64,000 bases of DNA from positions 1-64,000 of the forward strand of contig NW_019029013.1 of assembly GCF_002105155.1 (NCBI RefSeq). Direction: 5' to 3'. The notes beneath the pieces were generated by a model. The model was not told where the DNA came from. It searched no databases and saw nothing but the letters and a program-made list of their open reading frames with translations. This DNA comes from Lobosporangium transversale (lineage: Eukaryota). Position numbers and translations under genes: made by a program. Positions 53,301-64,000 of this stretch are shown here, one piece after another; the first letter of the stretch is position 1; the number at the start of each line of letters is the position of its first letter.

Positions 53301-53742
53301 TGTCGTCGGCCTAGGGTCCTTTGAAAGTAGTAAAGGAGTTCCCAGCAAGCACACTGCTATAACGAGACACCTTGCCACACAGGTATGACTTTTTTAAAAA
53401 AAGTAAGAAAAGCTGGAAAGCCATAGAACCCTTGCTAATAAACGACTGCCATTTGAAACGCTTAGGTCAAAGCGCGAGGACACTTCGCTGTAGGGGCGCA
53501 CGAATTTTACACCAGCGCCCACTGTCCCCGACCCCTCTGCGATAGCTTTTTACTTTTTAGAGGCGGTGTACCCTCGCTCTAAATATTGCCGGGCATGTAA
53601 GGCATTCTTCGACCGTGACGCAGTAGGGGCGGAAAACATCGCAAGAATCGGTCTTGCTCAAATTGAGAGGCAAGAGAGACCTGCAAAGTACAAGCCCACG
53701 GAAGAGTCACCTGCTCCGGCTGCAAAGCGCGCACGACGCTAG
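50311..53742 (+). pseudogene. Degenerate spliced gene: XPG/FEN1-like (PIN) nuclease fused to a Fanzor/TnpB RuvC nuclease
   Basis: N-terminus MGLKSFF..VHVDL..IHIDG..EK..EADP..ISQDSN..AGNDY. C-terminus KGTISTNG, IVGCDPG (RuvC-I), HEFYTSAHCPRPLC (RuvC-II), CRAC..FDRDAVGAENI (RuvC-III). Introns 51347-51429, ~52200-52276 and 53383-53465. In-frame TGA at 50728 and 53227 plus several frameshifts. Confidence 0.85.
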
Positions 53743-54138
53743 ACACAAGTATTTGGGTGCCGGCACACCCACAAAAAATTTGTAAGTTCTGTTTATTTTC
53801 GTCTCCTGTATCCATCCTCTCTAATCTTTTGCCCCTAAATTTCTGGACTAACTTTAAAAACCGTACAGATAACAGATAACTAAAACCAAAGTATAAGAGG
53901 ACAAGAATGGAAAAAGTTCGACTTCAACAAATAACCAAAAGCAATATAACATTTACTTTTTTTTGCGTTTACGACATATGGATATCTTTTTGTTCTTTTC
54001 TTTTATAAAAGACCAAGAGTACGTCGTGACAATATATACAAAACGAGTAAAACGATAAGGATACAAATGTAGTAAACTGTCAATGAATACTTGTATGACT
54101 GGTCAGAAGCTTTTTTTTTTCCAAAAAAAAAAAAAAAA

Positions 54139-55477
54139 TTAACGAAACTCAAAAGATCCAAGTGACGATGGTCGATCTGCAACATGCTTCAACATCAGTC
54201 TTTGGAACCTATTGGTTTTTTTATAGAAGGATATAATACATCTCAATAAACAATTTGGACATAATTCAAGCATTACAAGTTGTTCAGGAGAAAAAAAAAC
54301 TTACTTTTCACTTGATCGATGAAAGTAGTAGCCATCAATCTCCCCTGTAATTTTATTGTAGCAGATATAGTAAAATCCTGCGAAGCTTGCTCCGCTGATG
54401 CCTTGAACACGATGGTCTGGCACTAGGAAATGCTCCTTCCAACGCATAAAAATCACATCCTTGTTATGAAAGTCATATTTGATCTCCTTGTCACCAAAAG
54501 TGTCGATCATTGGTGCAAATGGGCTGAACTTATTCTAATATTGGAAAATGAAATGTTTTGAGTAAATTGTAGATTAAGAGATGGTGGCACAAAGAGAAGG
54601 ATTAAATGAGGAAAGGTCATGTGTGCATTTGAGAAGTTGCTACCGTGAATCCGGGAACAAGAAAGGAGGAATTGAACTCAAAGCCATAATCCATTTCTTT
54701 TTTTTTTTTGTTCTCAAGACGATAGAAGCTGAATTCATTCTGAAGCCTTACCCAATGCTCCTTGTCTGTACTAACGGTGGCATCCCATTTTTCTGTAACA
54801 AAAGAATAATCTGGTCCTACGATCTCGGCATCAAAGAATGTAGTCAATTTTGGGTATTCCTTAGTGAGTCCATTGATATGTAGATATCCACATAATGAGG
54901 AACCTCTCAGATTAACATCCTATAGATTGTCCCAAAAAGCCGTGATATCAGTAAAAGAATAAGGCCATGGTCAATAATGAAAGGAAAAAAAAGGCTTCAG
55001 CAGCCCAACTGATTACTCGGCAATGAAAATATCAAAAAGCTATACCTTAATGTCGACCATGACAACGTAGTTGCTACTTCCAGAAATTTGCTCGCCTTTA
55101 AACTGACTCCCTGGATAGAGATGACAAGACCTTGAGGGTTGTAGACGTACTGGCGCAAAAGGATCGTGCCGCCGAGGGATAGTCGAAACTGGAGGTTTCC
55201 GAAGCAAGGCCAGCCCACCGACCAACTTGAGTTGTGTTTGTTGCTGTTTTAGCTGGGATAGCGCGTTTTTGCCGTTGAGACTACTGAACGCGGACGCGTA
55301 GAGAGCACAGGTTGGGAGGTGACAAACACCGTCAGGGTGAATGAATGATGCATTGTTGTCCTTGCCGATGACATCGTCTGTGTCCATGCACAATTCATCT
55401 CCACAAGTGCAAGCAGCCAGCACAGCTGTTTGGTCTGCAACTGGATTAGCAGAGCATATCTGTGCAAAAACAGGCAT
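54139..55477 (-). CDS. GID4: GID complex substrate receptor Gid4/Vid24
   Basis: LYPGSQFKGEQISG..YVVMVDIK/DVNL..LCGYLHINGLT..LTTFFDAEI..FVTEKWDA..DKEHW/..FMRWKEHFLVPDHRVQGISGASFAGFYYIC../FQRLML..SFEFR*. Confidence 0.95.
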
Positions 55478-57356
55478 GGTTCTTTCTTGTAACTGCCGGC
55501 TGAGTTGTATTACTTTGAGCTATGGTATGTACTGTTTTTTTTTTTTTTTTTTTTTTTAACGCCTTTTTCTTTTTTTTTTTTACTCTTTGTCGCGCGTCTG
55601 CTTTGTGCTTTTATTTATGGCGGCGATGTCTGTGGTATTAGTGTCCTGTGAGGATTTCAGTAGTTGTTAAACTGGGCTTGTTCTGATGAATGTGTGTTGT
55701 TGGAGAGAAATGAGCGAGTGGTTTTTTGAGTTGCAGGTAATAAAAAGAGAGAAAGAAAGGAGAAAAGAGCTTATTTCTTGGAATATACATGTGCATACAA
55801 TGGTATCAATTGACCTGACCACCAAGCCCAAGCCCAAAACCAGACCAGCTGACAACCTGACAGGGAGACAGATAAAACGCTCTCACAATCATTGTCATTA
55901 CTGAGGATGGTAAAGCAGAAGAGGTGACAATGCATCCACTTTTGTTCGTCTTTTTTTTTTTTTTTTTTTTTTGCTTCATGTTGATTGGCCTTGCTCGTTT
56001 CGATGCGGTATGTGCGCAACGACAGGAGGATGACAAGGGGTAAAGAAAGGGAAGAAAAAAAAAGCCCACACGCTACACAAGTACGACCTGTTCTCAGCTT
56101 ACGGATGTATCTTTTTTTTTTTTTTGTTTATGCATCTTTTTCACCCTTTTATCCCTCAATTCTTTATTCCTCTCTGCCTCTTTCGGTCCACCAATGGAAA
56201 GAAACTTTCAAAAATGAAAAGTTACACATCCTATTCGAGAATGCACAAACACGGGTCTACGCCCGAATATGATACCCCTCCATGGGTTCTTTCTGCAATA
56301 ATCATCGGTCGGTAGCCAAATTCTACTCGTATGTCCTGCTCTATTCATATGAGATTATAAAAAAATTCATCAAGAGCCCGGAAGCAATTCCGGTTCATTG
56401 CTTCGCCCATTTTTTCTTGGCACTCTGGCTCCTTCAAGACTCCTCTGTTTTATGAACTATTCTTAGTAATTTTTTATTCATTCCGATAAGAAATCATCTC
56501 CTGTATGTTTAGCTTTAGTGGCATCGTGGGAAAACATTAGCTGGTGCATGTGTGTCATTGCCATTTCTGGCATGATATCAAAATGCATACAAACCATACA
56601 TACACCCGAGTTCAAAGGAAAAAAAAAATATCATTCAGTCTCAATGCAGATTCAGAATAATCCGTATTCTCGCAAAAGCGTCCGATAAAAAATAAAATGT
56701 AGAGAGACCTTGTACTGTACTATGCACTGATTGCAAAATGCCTGTTATAGTATCTAGCTGGAGACGAAGATTGAAGATCAATTCGATACGCCACCAAAAT
56801 GAGTTTGTTATCGACGTTAAGGAGAAATCCCGTACATTACTGTGTGAACGTTTGTCATGGAAACCATATGTTTGTAATCTCTATTATTTTAATGTCGATC
56901 GATGGACGCAGATGTATCCGATCAATACGTCAATAATATCAAGGTGTCCATGGCACAAGGATGACAGATGGGGATAGATCGATAAAGTTACCAGGGACTG
57001 ATAATTTTTCATTTCCTCTTTGGTTTTGGTGTGTGTGTGGAATGTGACTATCAATCACTTTTCACTCACACACAGTCAGACAAGAGACGGGAAGAGCGAT
57101 ATGATAATGAACACTCACATCTCAGCATCGCAAACCTTACAGCGAAAGTTATCATCGCGTATCAATCGCATCAGGGACAACACATGCGCTGCGGCCCTGG
57201 TATAAATATCTCTTGCTCGATTCTTTTTTTTTTTTTTTTTTTTTTTTTCCTTTTCTTTTCTCCCACACATCAACTCACTTCTCTTTGATTTGCCCTCGCA
57301 TTTACTCATACTTCACTTATCCATTCATATCTATATCCACATTCACATTCACAACA

Positions 57357-58725
57357 ATGGTTTATCTTTGGTTAAGAGCTGAGACTAAGGCTATGGAGCA
57401 CCGAGCTGCTCTGACTCCCTCTACCTGCAAAATACTCCTTGATCGAGGATTCAAGATCACCGTGGAGCGATCCCCGGAGCGCATCTTTGACGATGAGGAA
57501 TATGAAAAGTATGTCCTCAGTTTTTTTCCATGTTATTTTCTTTTTCCCACAGTGATCGTAATCCGATTTGAAGCTTTCATCGCATATTATCCTAACCACG
57601 TTCAACTCCATATTTCTTTAGGGTTGGATGCCATATGGTCCCAATTGGAGAGTGGCGTAAGGCTCCTGAGGATGCATATATTGTCGGACTCAAGGAGTTG
57701 CCCGAAGGCGAGGACGACCCTTTGCGCCATACCCACATTTTCTTCGCTCATTGCTTTAAGAATCAGAGCGGATGGACCGACATTCTCGGGCGATTCGATG
57801 CTGGAAACGGAACCGTCTTGGATCTTGAGTTCTTGAACGATTCTAATGGACGCCGTGTTGCTGCATTTGGATACCATGCTGGATTTGCTGGGGCAGCTAT
57901 TGGAGTTGACAACTGGTGCCATCAAAAGCTACATCCTGGTCAGCCCTTGCCTGGTTACACGCCTTTCCCTAATGATGCCTCTTTGATCAGCTATATCAAA
58001 GAGCGTTTGGAGCATGCAGGTAATAGATAGATTGATTGATATTACTCTTGGCGTTATGAGCTTTCCCACGACTAGACCATTTGTTTGGTTCGGTTGAGTG
58101 TGTTTGATTTTTTCCTAGCCAGTGACTAACTTTTTTCTGCGTGGTGTACGTAACCACTTACATAGTTGCCTTGAATCATGGTAAAGTCCCTGAGGTCATG
58201 GTGATGGGAGCATTGGGTCGCTGCGGAACAGGAGCCTGCGATTTGGCTCGTGCCGTGGGCATTCCTGAGGAGAAGATCATCAAGTGGGACTTGGAAGAGA
58301 CTAAAGATGGCGGTCCTTTCCCTCGTATTCTCGAGTCAGAGATCTTTGTCAACTGCATCTACTTGAACAAGCCCATCCCTCCTTTCTTCACTCCTGCTAT
58401 GCTTGACGGAGAACGCAACCTGTCGGTCATTGTTGACGTTTCATGCGATACTACCAATCCCCATAACCCTATCCCTGTTTACAGTATCAACACCACATTC
58501 GACAGTCCCGTCGTGCCAGTCTCCACCAAGAACCCCTTGCCTTTGGATGTCTGCTCGATTGATCACTTGCCCACACTGTTGCCGAGGGAATCCAGTGAGG
58601 CCTTCTCAAAAGATCTCTTGCCCACCATCATTGATTTAGAGCGTCGTGAGGAAAGCACTGTCTGGGGTGGCGCTGAGGCTCTCTTTAAAGAGAAGGTCCA
58701 AGCCATGAAGTCTCTCAAGCAGTAA
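57357..58725 (+). CDS. LYS1: Saccharopine dehydrogenase (NAD+, L-lysine-forming)
   Basis: Three exons. LWLRAETKAMEHRAALTP, GLKELP, FAHCFKNQ, DLEFL..GRRVAAFGYHAGFAG, GALGRCG, DVSCDTTNPHNP, IDHLPTLLPRESSEAFS. Confidence 0.97.
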
Positions 58726-59117
58726 AATATGGGATTTTGTCATCATAAAGAACCCCATTGATCTGTTCTCTCTTGTATCATACACATCTAAATCCATTCT
58801 TCCTCTAAATAAAAAAAAAAGTATAAAAATGAAATATTCATCTTGGATAAAACATTCGCTTCTGTTGGTCGATGATTCTGATTCGTAGAGCCAATAGGCA
58901 GCAACTCCATAAATGGATTGTTCACTTCCTGTCTGCCGGTTCCGATCATCGTCACATGACACCACTATTTTCCCCGCTACATTTTCTTTGGCCGTTCACT
59001 TTATTGACCCATTCGTTTCGTTTCGTTTCTGTCTCATTTTCTTCTTTACTCTTCCCATCGTTAACACTTGGTCTGTCCATTAACAACTGCGGCTAAATCC
59101 CATACCAACAGGATCCG

Positions 59118-60761
59118 ATGAGCGACAACAACAGCAGCAACGAAAATAGCAACAGCACTGCAGAGCAGACAGTTGACCCAGTCCACCAGCTCTTGCAAAG
59201 CAATGGTGGTAACAGTGTTCCAGGACAGGCTTTGACAGCCGAACAAAGAAATGAACGTCGTGAAGCGCTTTTGAAGCGTCAACGGGAGTCGAGGGAAAAA
59301 GCTCAGCAGATTTCTCAGGCTGCGAGAGCTAATGCTGCCACTGGAAATGGAAATGCATCCATTTCAACCAGTGGTGCAGCCTCAGTGGCTACAGCATCTA
59401 CACCTGCCAATGCACCAGCACCGGCACCAGTACCAGCAGCCATCCCGCCAGCCATTTCAGCGCCTGTCCCTGAAGCGCCTGTACGGGAAAACATGATCCA
59501 ACAGGCTGTTGCTTTCCTATCTTCTCCGAATGTTCAGTCAGCGGAAGAATCCAAGAAGATTCAATTTTTGGAGAAAAAGGGTTTGACGGCCAAAGAGATC
59601 GAGCTTGCTAAAGCCCGAGTTGCCGCTGGAAAGACCACTGCTACTGTAAGTGCACAACTTTTGTTTATTTTGCTGTTCAAGTATATATGAATATTTGTAT
59701 ATCAATAATAATCATTTATGCTATCACATCCTCAGACCACGGCCAACGTCGCTCCTCATTCACAGCAACAGCAACAGTCCTCGTATCAGCCGTCATCTGC
59801 ACCCGCATCACCACCAAGCAGCCTAACCCCGCCTCCAGTCCCACCTCGTACCTATACCACAGCACCAATGCATCCTCAACCCGTTCTCATCCCATCCCAA
59901 CAAGTTGCGCCTGTTGATCCAAATGCCTTCAAGAGAAAGCTAGTCATTGCGATGATTCTCTCTGGAGGTATTACTGTTTTGGCGACTGTCCTTATTCAGG
60001 TAAATGATGATGATAATACTAATAGCTTGAATACTGCGAAACGACCTTTTATTTAACGTGACAATTTTTCTCTTAACTGGCTACTATAGAAATTGTTGTA
60101 TCCCATGGTTCGTGGTATCACGAATGCACGCCAAAAGCTTGCGATCTCACAGACAGAATTACTCAGCAAACTTAAGGAGAAATTGCAGGGATACAAGGGT
60201 TACTTACTAGGACTTCAACTGGGAAGCAATCGCTTTACGCCTAATGTTAAGAAGATCAAAGACACCAAGACCACTGTGGAAGACGAGGAGCACGAGGTTG
60301 AATCAAAGGATGGTGATAAGAGGGTTACTACCACTAGCGTTACTACTACAACAACATTAAAAGCAGCAGCAATACCATCGACCGTTAAACAGCTTGATAC
60401 GTTCTCACAGAAATTGGAGGCGCACGCTAATAGCCTAAACTTTGAGCAATTGAAGGCAACGCGGGCCGTGACTCAAGACTTGGCAGAGTATATCACCAAG
60501 GAGACATATGCACTGACAAGCTCCATTGCTTACCCCACCTCACGGTACTACGGCTATAACACCGCAGGCGCAGCAGCCTCTGGAAAGGGCGGTTTATCAG
60601 ACCCTACATCACCCGAGTCTGCACTGAAGAGTGAGATCCGTTCCTTGAAGGGCTTGCTTCTAAACTGGAGAAATTTTCCTACAGCAAAAGAAACAGGAAC
60701 TGGCGTGGTACAGGGAGCAAATGGAGTTAATACATTGCCCAACCTCGTCCAACAGCAATAA
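59118..60761 (+). CDS. PEX14: Peroxin Pex14
   Basis: RENMIQQAVAFLSSPNVQSA..KKIQFLEKKGLTAKEI (Pex14 N domain), a TM segment, and LKSEIRSLKGLLLNWRNFP. Three exons (~59118-59645, 59736-59999, 60090-60761). Confidence 0.92.
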
Positions 60762-62663
60762 ACTGGGGGATGCACCGTTAGATAAAAAAAAAAATGTATA
60801 GACTAGGTATTATTTACTATAAGTAAAAAGAGCATGTTACATCGCACGACTCGTAACCGTTTTCTTTAGCTTGGAATATATTGAAAAGAATGAAATAATC
60901 AACATATTTTAGCAACATGAACTACAGCAGTACAGTATCTGAAGCATAATTTCGCCTTCACATCAGGAAATGCTCAATAAATCTGGGTTTGATCAAAAAA
61001 ATGAAGGCCAACTAAAAAGATGATAATAATTATAATAATAAACGCTACCGCGATACATAAAGTCTATCCTGTAAGGTAAAGAGTGATCCCATAATGTTTG
61101 TGGATATCCTTGATAGGTGAGTTAACATCGATATCGGGACTGGTGACCATCCAAAGAAAAATAAACTACCATAACTATTAAAAGTGCAAGCAACCCAATA
61201 ACATTTGATGGCCTCAAGCAAATAAGTGTTTCAGTTTGACCCAATATCAACGAATGAAGCACGGTAACGAGAGCGAGATGGTGATCTCGGAGCTCCATCA
61301 TTATCAATGATCTATGGGATCCATGTTGGACCGCGAAAGATGACAACGGGTCAATTTGCTCCTCTACTCGAAATCCGATATGATAACGCTCTTGTAAGCT
61401 TCCGATAGACTCTTTCAACATGAAATAATTGCATGAATAAAAGTCGACTCAATGGTGAAGAATCATATATTAGAAGATAAAAATATGTATCTATATATAA
61501 AAAGAAAAAGATTATGGGGAGACGTGTTTAAAACGTAATGTATACTGGTTGCAAAAACAAGCCGTTGTAAGTGTTTTTCTGCCTATCTGCCAGTCTCACT
61601 CTATAATGTTCACCGACCTACCCTTTACCAACAGGTAGCCTTTTTGTTGAGTCCCATGGCTTTGTCTCCGCAGAGCTCTCAGTGTATATAGGTCGATTGA
61701 AAGAGAAGATGTATGGGAGTATAAACAAGAATAGACTATTCATGGCAAAAAACTAGGCCCTAAATAAAATTAACGAATGCATCGTTCTTTTTTTATCTAT
61801 GCCAGTCTTCCTCAACTTTTTTCTCTCTTTCTTTCTTTTCTCGACTCGCTTATATCATTTAAATAAAATTGTAAGTGTATGTCATGTTTACATAGGATAC
61901 AGCGCCGTGTCTATCTGTCTGTCTGTTTGTTTGTTTATAGATATATCAATCTGTTTGTCTGTCATTGCTACCTGCTTGTCCCTGGTAGCCTTTGGCTTAG
62001 ACCATGTACTTAGAAGTCTAGATGTCTAGAGGTCAAGAGGTGAAAAGAGAGGAAAACAAAAAGGTTGCGTCTGTTTTTCGAGATTTGTAGGATGCGCCTC
62101 GGAGCATAAGATTCAATTGGCCCCTGCTCCTCCGATACGATATTGTACGACCCAACTCAAAGATATGAGATAATACATAGAATTGGGCTAATTCATTTAA
62201 ATACAAAGATTAATAAAAGCAATATACTTACGCGTGTACTTTGGAAGTCAGCTTTTTTTTTTTCCTTCTCCCCTTTTTCCATCTTTAAAAAAAAGGTGGA
62301 GGGAATTATTTTATAGCTTGTTGCTTGCTGTAAAGCAATAATCCCACTCACGTTGTGGTTCATTCACTTTTGCTAGGCTGATAATGGATATTCCTTACTC
62401 CCTATAATCACATTACCTTTTAATCACACATTCTAGCAAAACGTTTACTCTCGCGCACATTCCCATTTACACACACCCCTCTCTCCCTCACTCTCGCTCT
62501 CGCTCTCGTTCTCGTTCTCGTTCTCGTTCTCGTTCTCACTCTTACTCTCACCCTCAATCTTATATCCCGTCTTTCTTCTTTGTTTCTTCACACTTTCTAA
62601 TTCTCTCTCAGCTCTTCATCTTTCTTTTCCCTTCTTTCTCCACGAACCCCTTTCAATAAAACC

Positions 62664-64000
62664 ATGGCACAGCAGCTAAAGCCTCTTGATGACCTCAATA
62701 TCAACAGCAGCACAGTAGAGCCTGGCTGCGAAGCGACACCAAGCAAACGCAGCAACAACGATAAGGACCCCATTTCCGACAACATACCAATAGCCATGTC
62801 TGGAAATCCATCATCTTCCTCCTCCTCTGCCTCGACTTCAAATGAATGTCCTTTGCCCTCTTCAACAGATTCATCTCTTTTTCATGATAATCGCCTATCC
62901 TCCAACATCAATAAAAACCACATCAACTACAAAAACCATAATAGTAGCAGTAACATCATCTTTATCAGCGATAGTGATCGTTATACCAATAAACGCCGTG
63001 GTAGTGATAGCAGTAGTATCAGTAGTGCAAGTATTGGAAGTAGTACAAGTAGTGGAAGCAGTCCTAGACGTGGTAGCAGCAGCAGGCGTTTAAGAACCAT
63101 TAGCCATCAATCGATCCATGTACGCCTACTGCGATTGGTGTGGTCTATGGTGTTGCTGATGGGTGAACACGGTGTATACTGGGTTTTGATACATCGGTGC
63201 TCTTGGCCAGAGAACTCGTCATGGGTAAGTTTATTATTTAATACTTTCCCTTACCCAAATCCCCATCTCCATATTCTATTTCATCAGTTCTTTCCAATGC
63301 GCACTGGCTTTTTTTTTTTTTTTTTTTTTTTTTTTTTCATTCATAGCTGACATGAAAAGATATCCTTGAGTTACGAGTGATCCCTTTTTTTATTTTCCGA
63401 ATTGAAGAGGACTTTATTTAACCTCGAAGCCTGTGACCCCTTTTGGATGATGTGAATCGTGTCAGAGCAAAGTGTATATTATACTATCCTACTAAAAAAA
63501 AAAAAAACGTTCATTCATATTCAAACTGAGAGAAACCAGGCCAATATCACATGGAGATAATGAAGGGGTGTGTGTGTGAAAGAATACTTGGTGTGGTCTC
63601 TTTAAAGCCATTCACATGATCCTTCCAAAACAGTCCCACTTGTTCCTACAGTCGCGTTCCGTAAACATGACGTGAATACCAAAGCAAGCATAGATTTATC
63701 TAACTTCTCTCCGACATTATCGGATGGGTATGCAATTATCGATTATCTCTTTCAATAGGATCAGAGCTCTGAGACTCGAAAGGAACATTATAGGATTGCG
63801 TTAATTGCAGACCCACAGCTCACAGACTGGATGTCATATCATCAATCTGGGCTGCTGCTGGCCCTAGTCGAGATCTATACTGATATTTTTATGCGACGTA
63901 GTTTCAAGCGGTTACATGCCTCTTTACGGCCTGATGCTGTCATATTCTTGGGTGATTTACTAGATGGGGGGCGAACGACTTTTGGAAAGACCTTTGATAA
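62664..64000 (+). CDS. CDC1: Cdc1/MPPE1 (PGAP5)-type metallophosphoesterase, 3' partial
   Basis: Exon 1 to 63223 (TM, GE..V....CSWPE..W), intron 63224-63758, then RIALIADPQLTD..SY..DIFMRRSF..LRPDAVIFLGDLLDGGR. Confidence 0.88.

Overview
Intron-rich fungal genomic DNA with very long poly(A)/poly(T) tracts. Gene content and style suggest Mucoromycota/Mortierellaceae (inference). Host genes on the left arm (1-28.4 kb): a large coiled-coil protein, an ABC1/ADCK kinase, a tandem-UBC E2, a CRAL-TRIO protein, an NDUFA4/MLRQ subunit, MMS2 and a membrane protein. Host genes on the right arm (54.1-64 kb): GID4/VID24, LYS1, PEX14 and CDC1/MPPE1. Between them lies a ~25 kb mobile-element island around a tRNA-Arg(ACG) gene. 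It holds (i) 5'-truncated RNase H-bearing LINEs, (ii) a young Ty3/Gypsy chromovirus with identical LTRs and an antisense accessory region, (iii) a tRNA-derived SINE sharing its tail with the LINE it interrupts, (iv) two Mutator-type MITEs with 9-bp TSDs, (v) a deleted Gypsy bounded by inverted LTRs, (vi) a zinc-finger gene with a minisatellite intron, and (vii) a spliced, now-degenerate gene fusing an N-terminal XPG/FEN1-type (PIN) nuclease to a C-terminal TnpB/Fanzor RuvC nuclease. Item (vii) is the most notable. All calls come from manual reading; no database searches were run.
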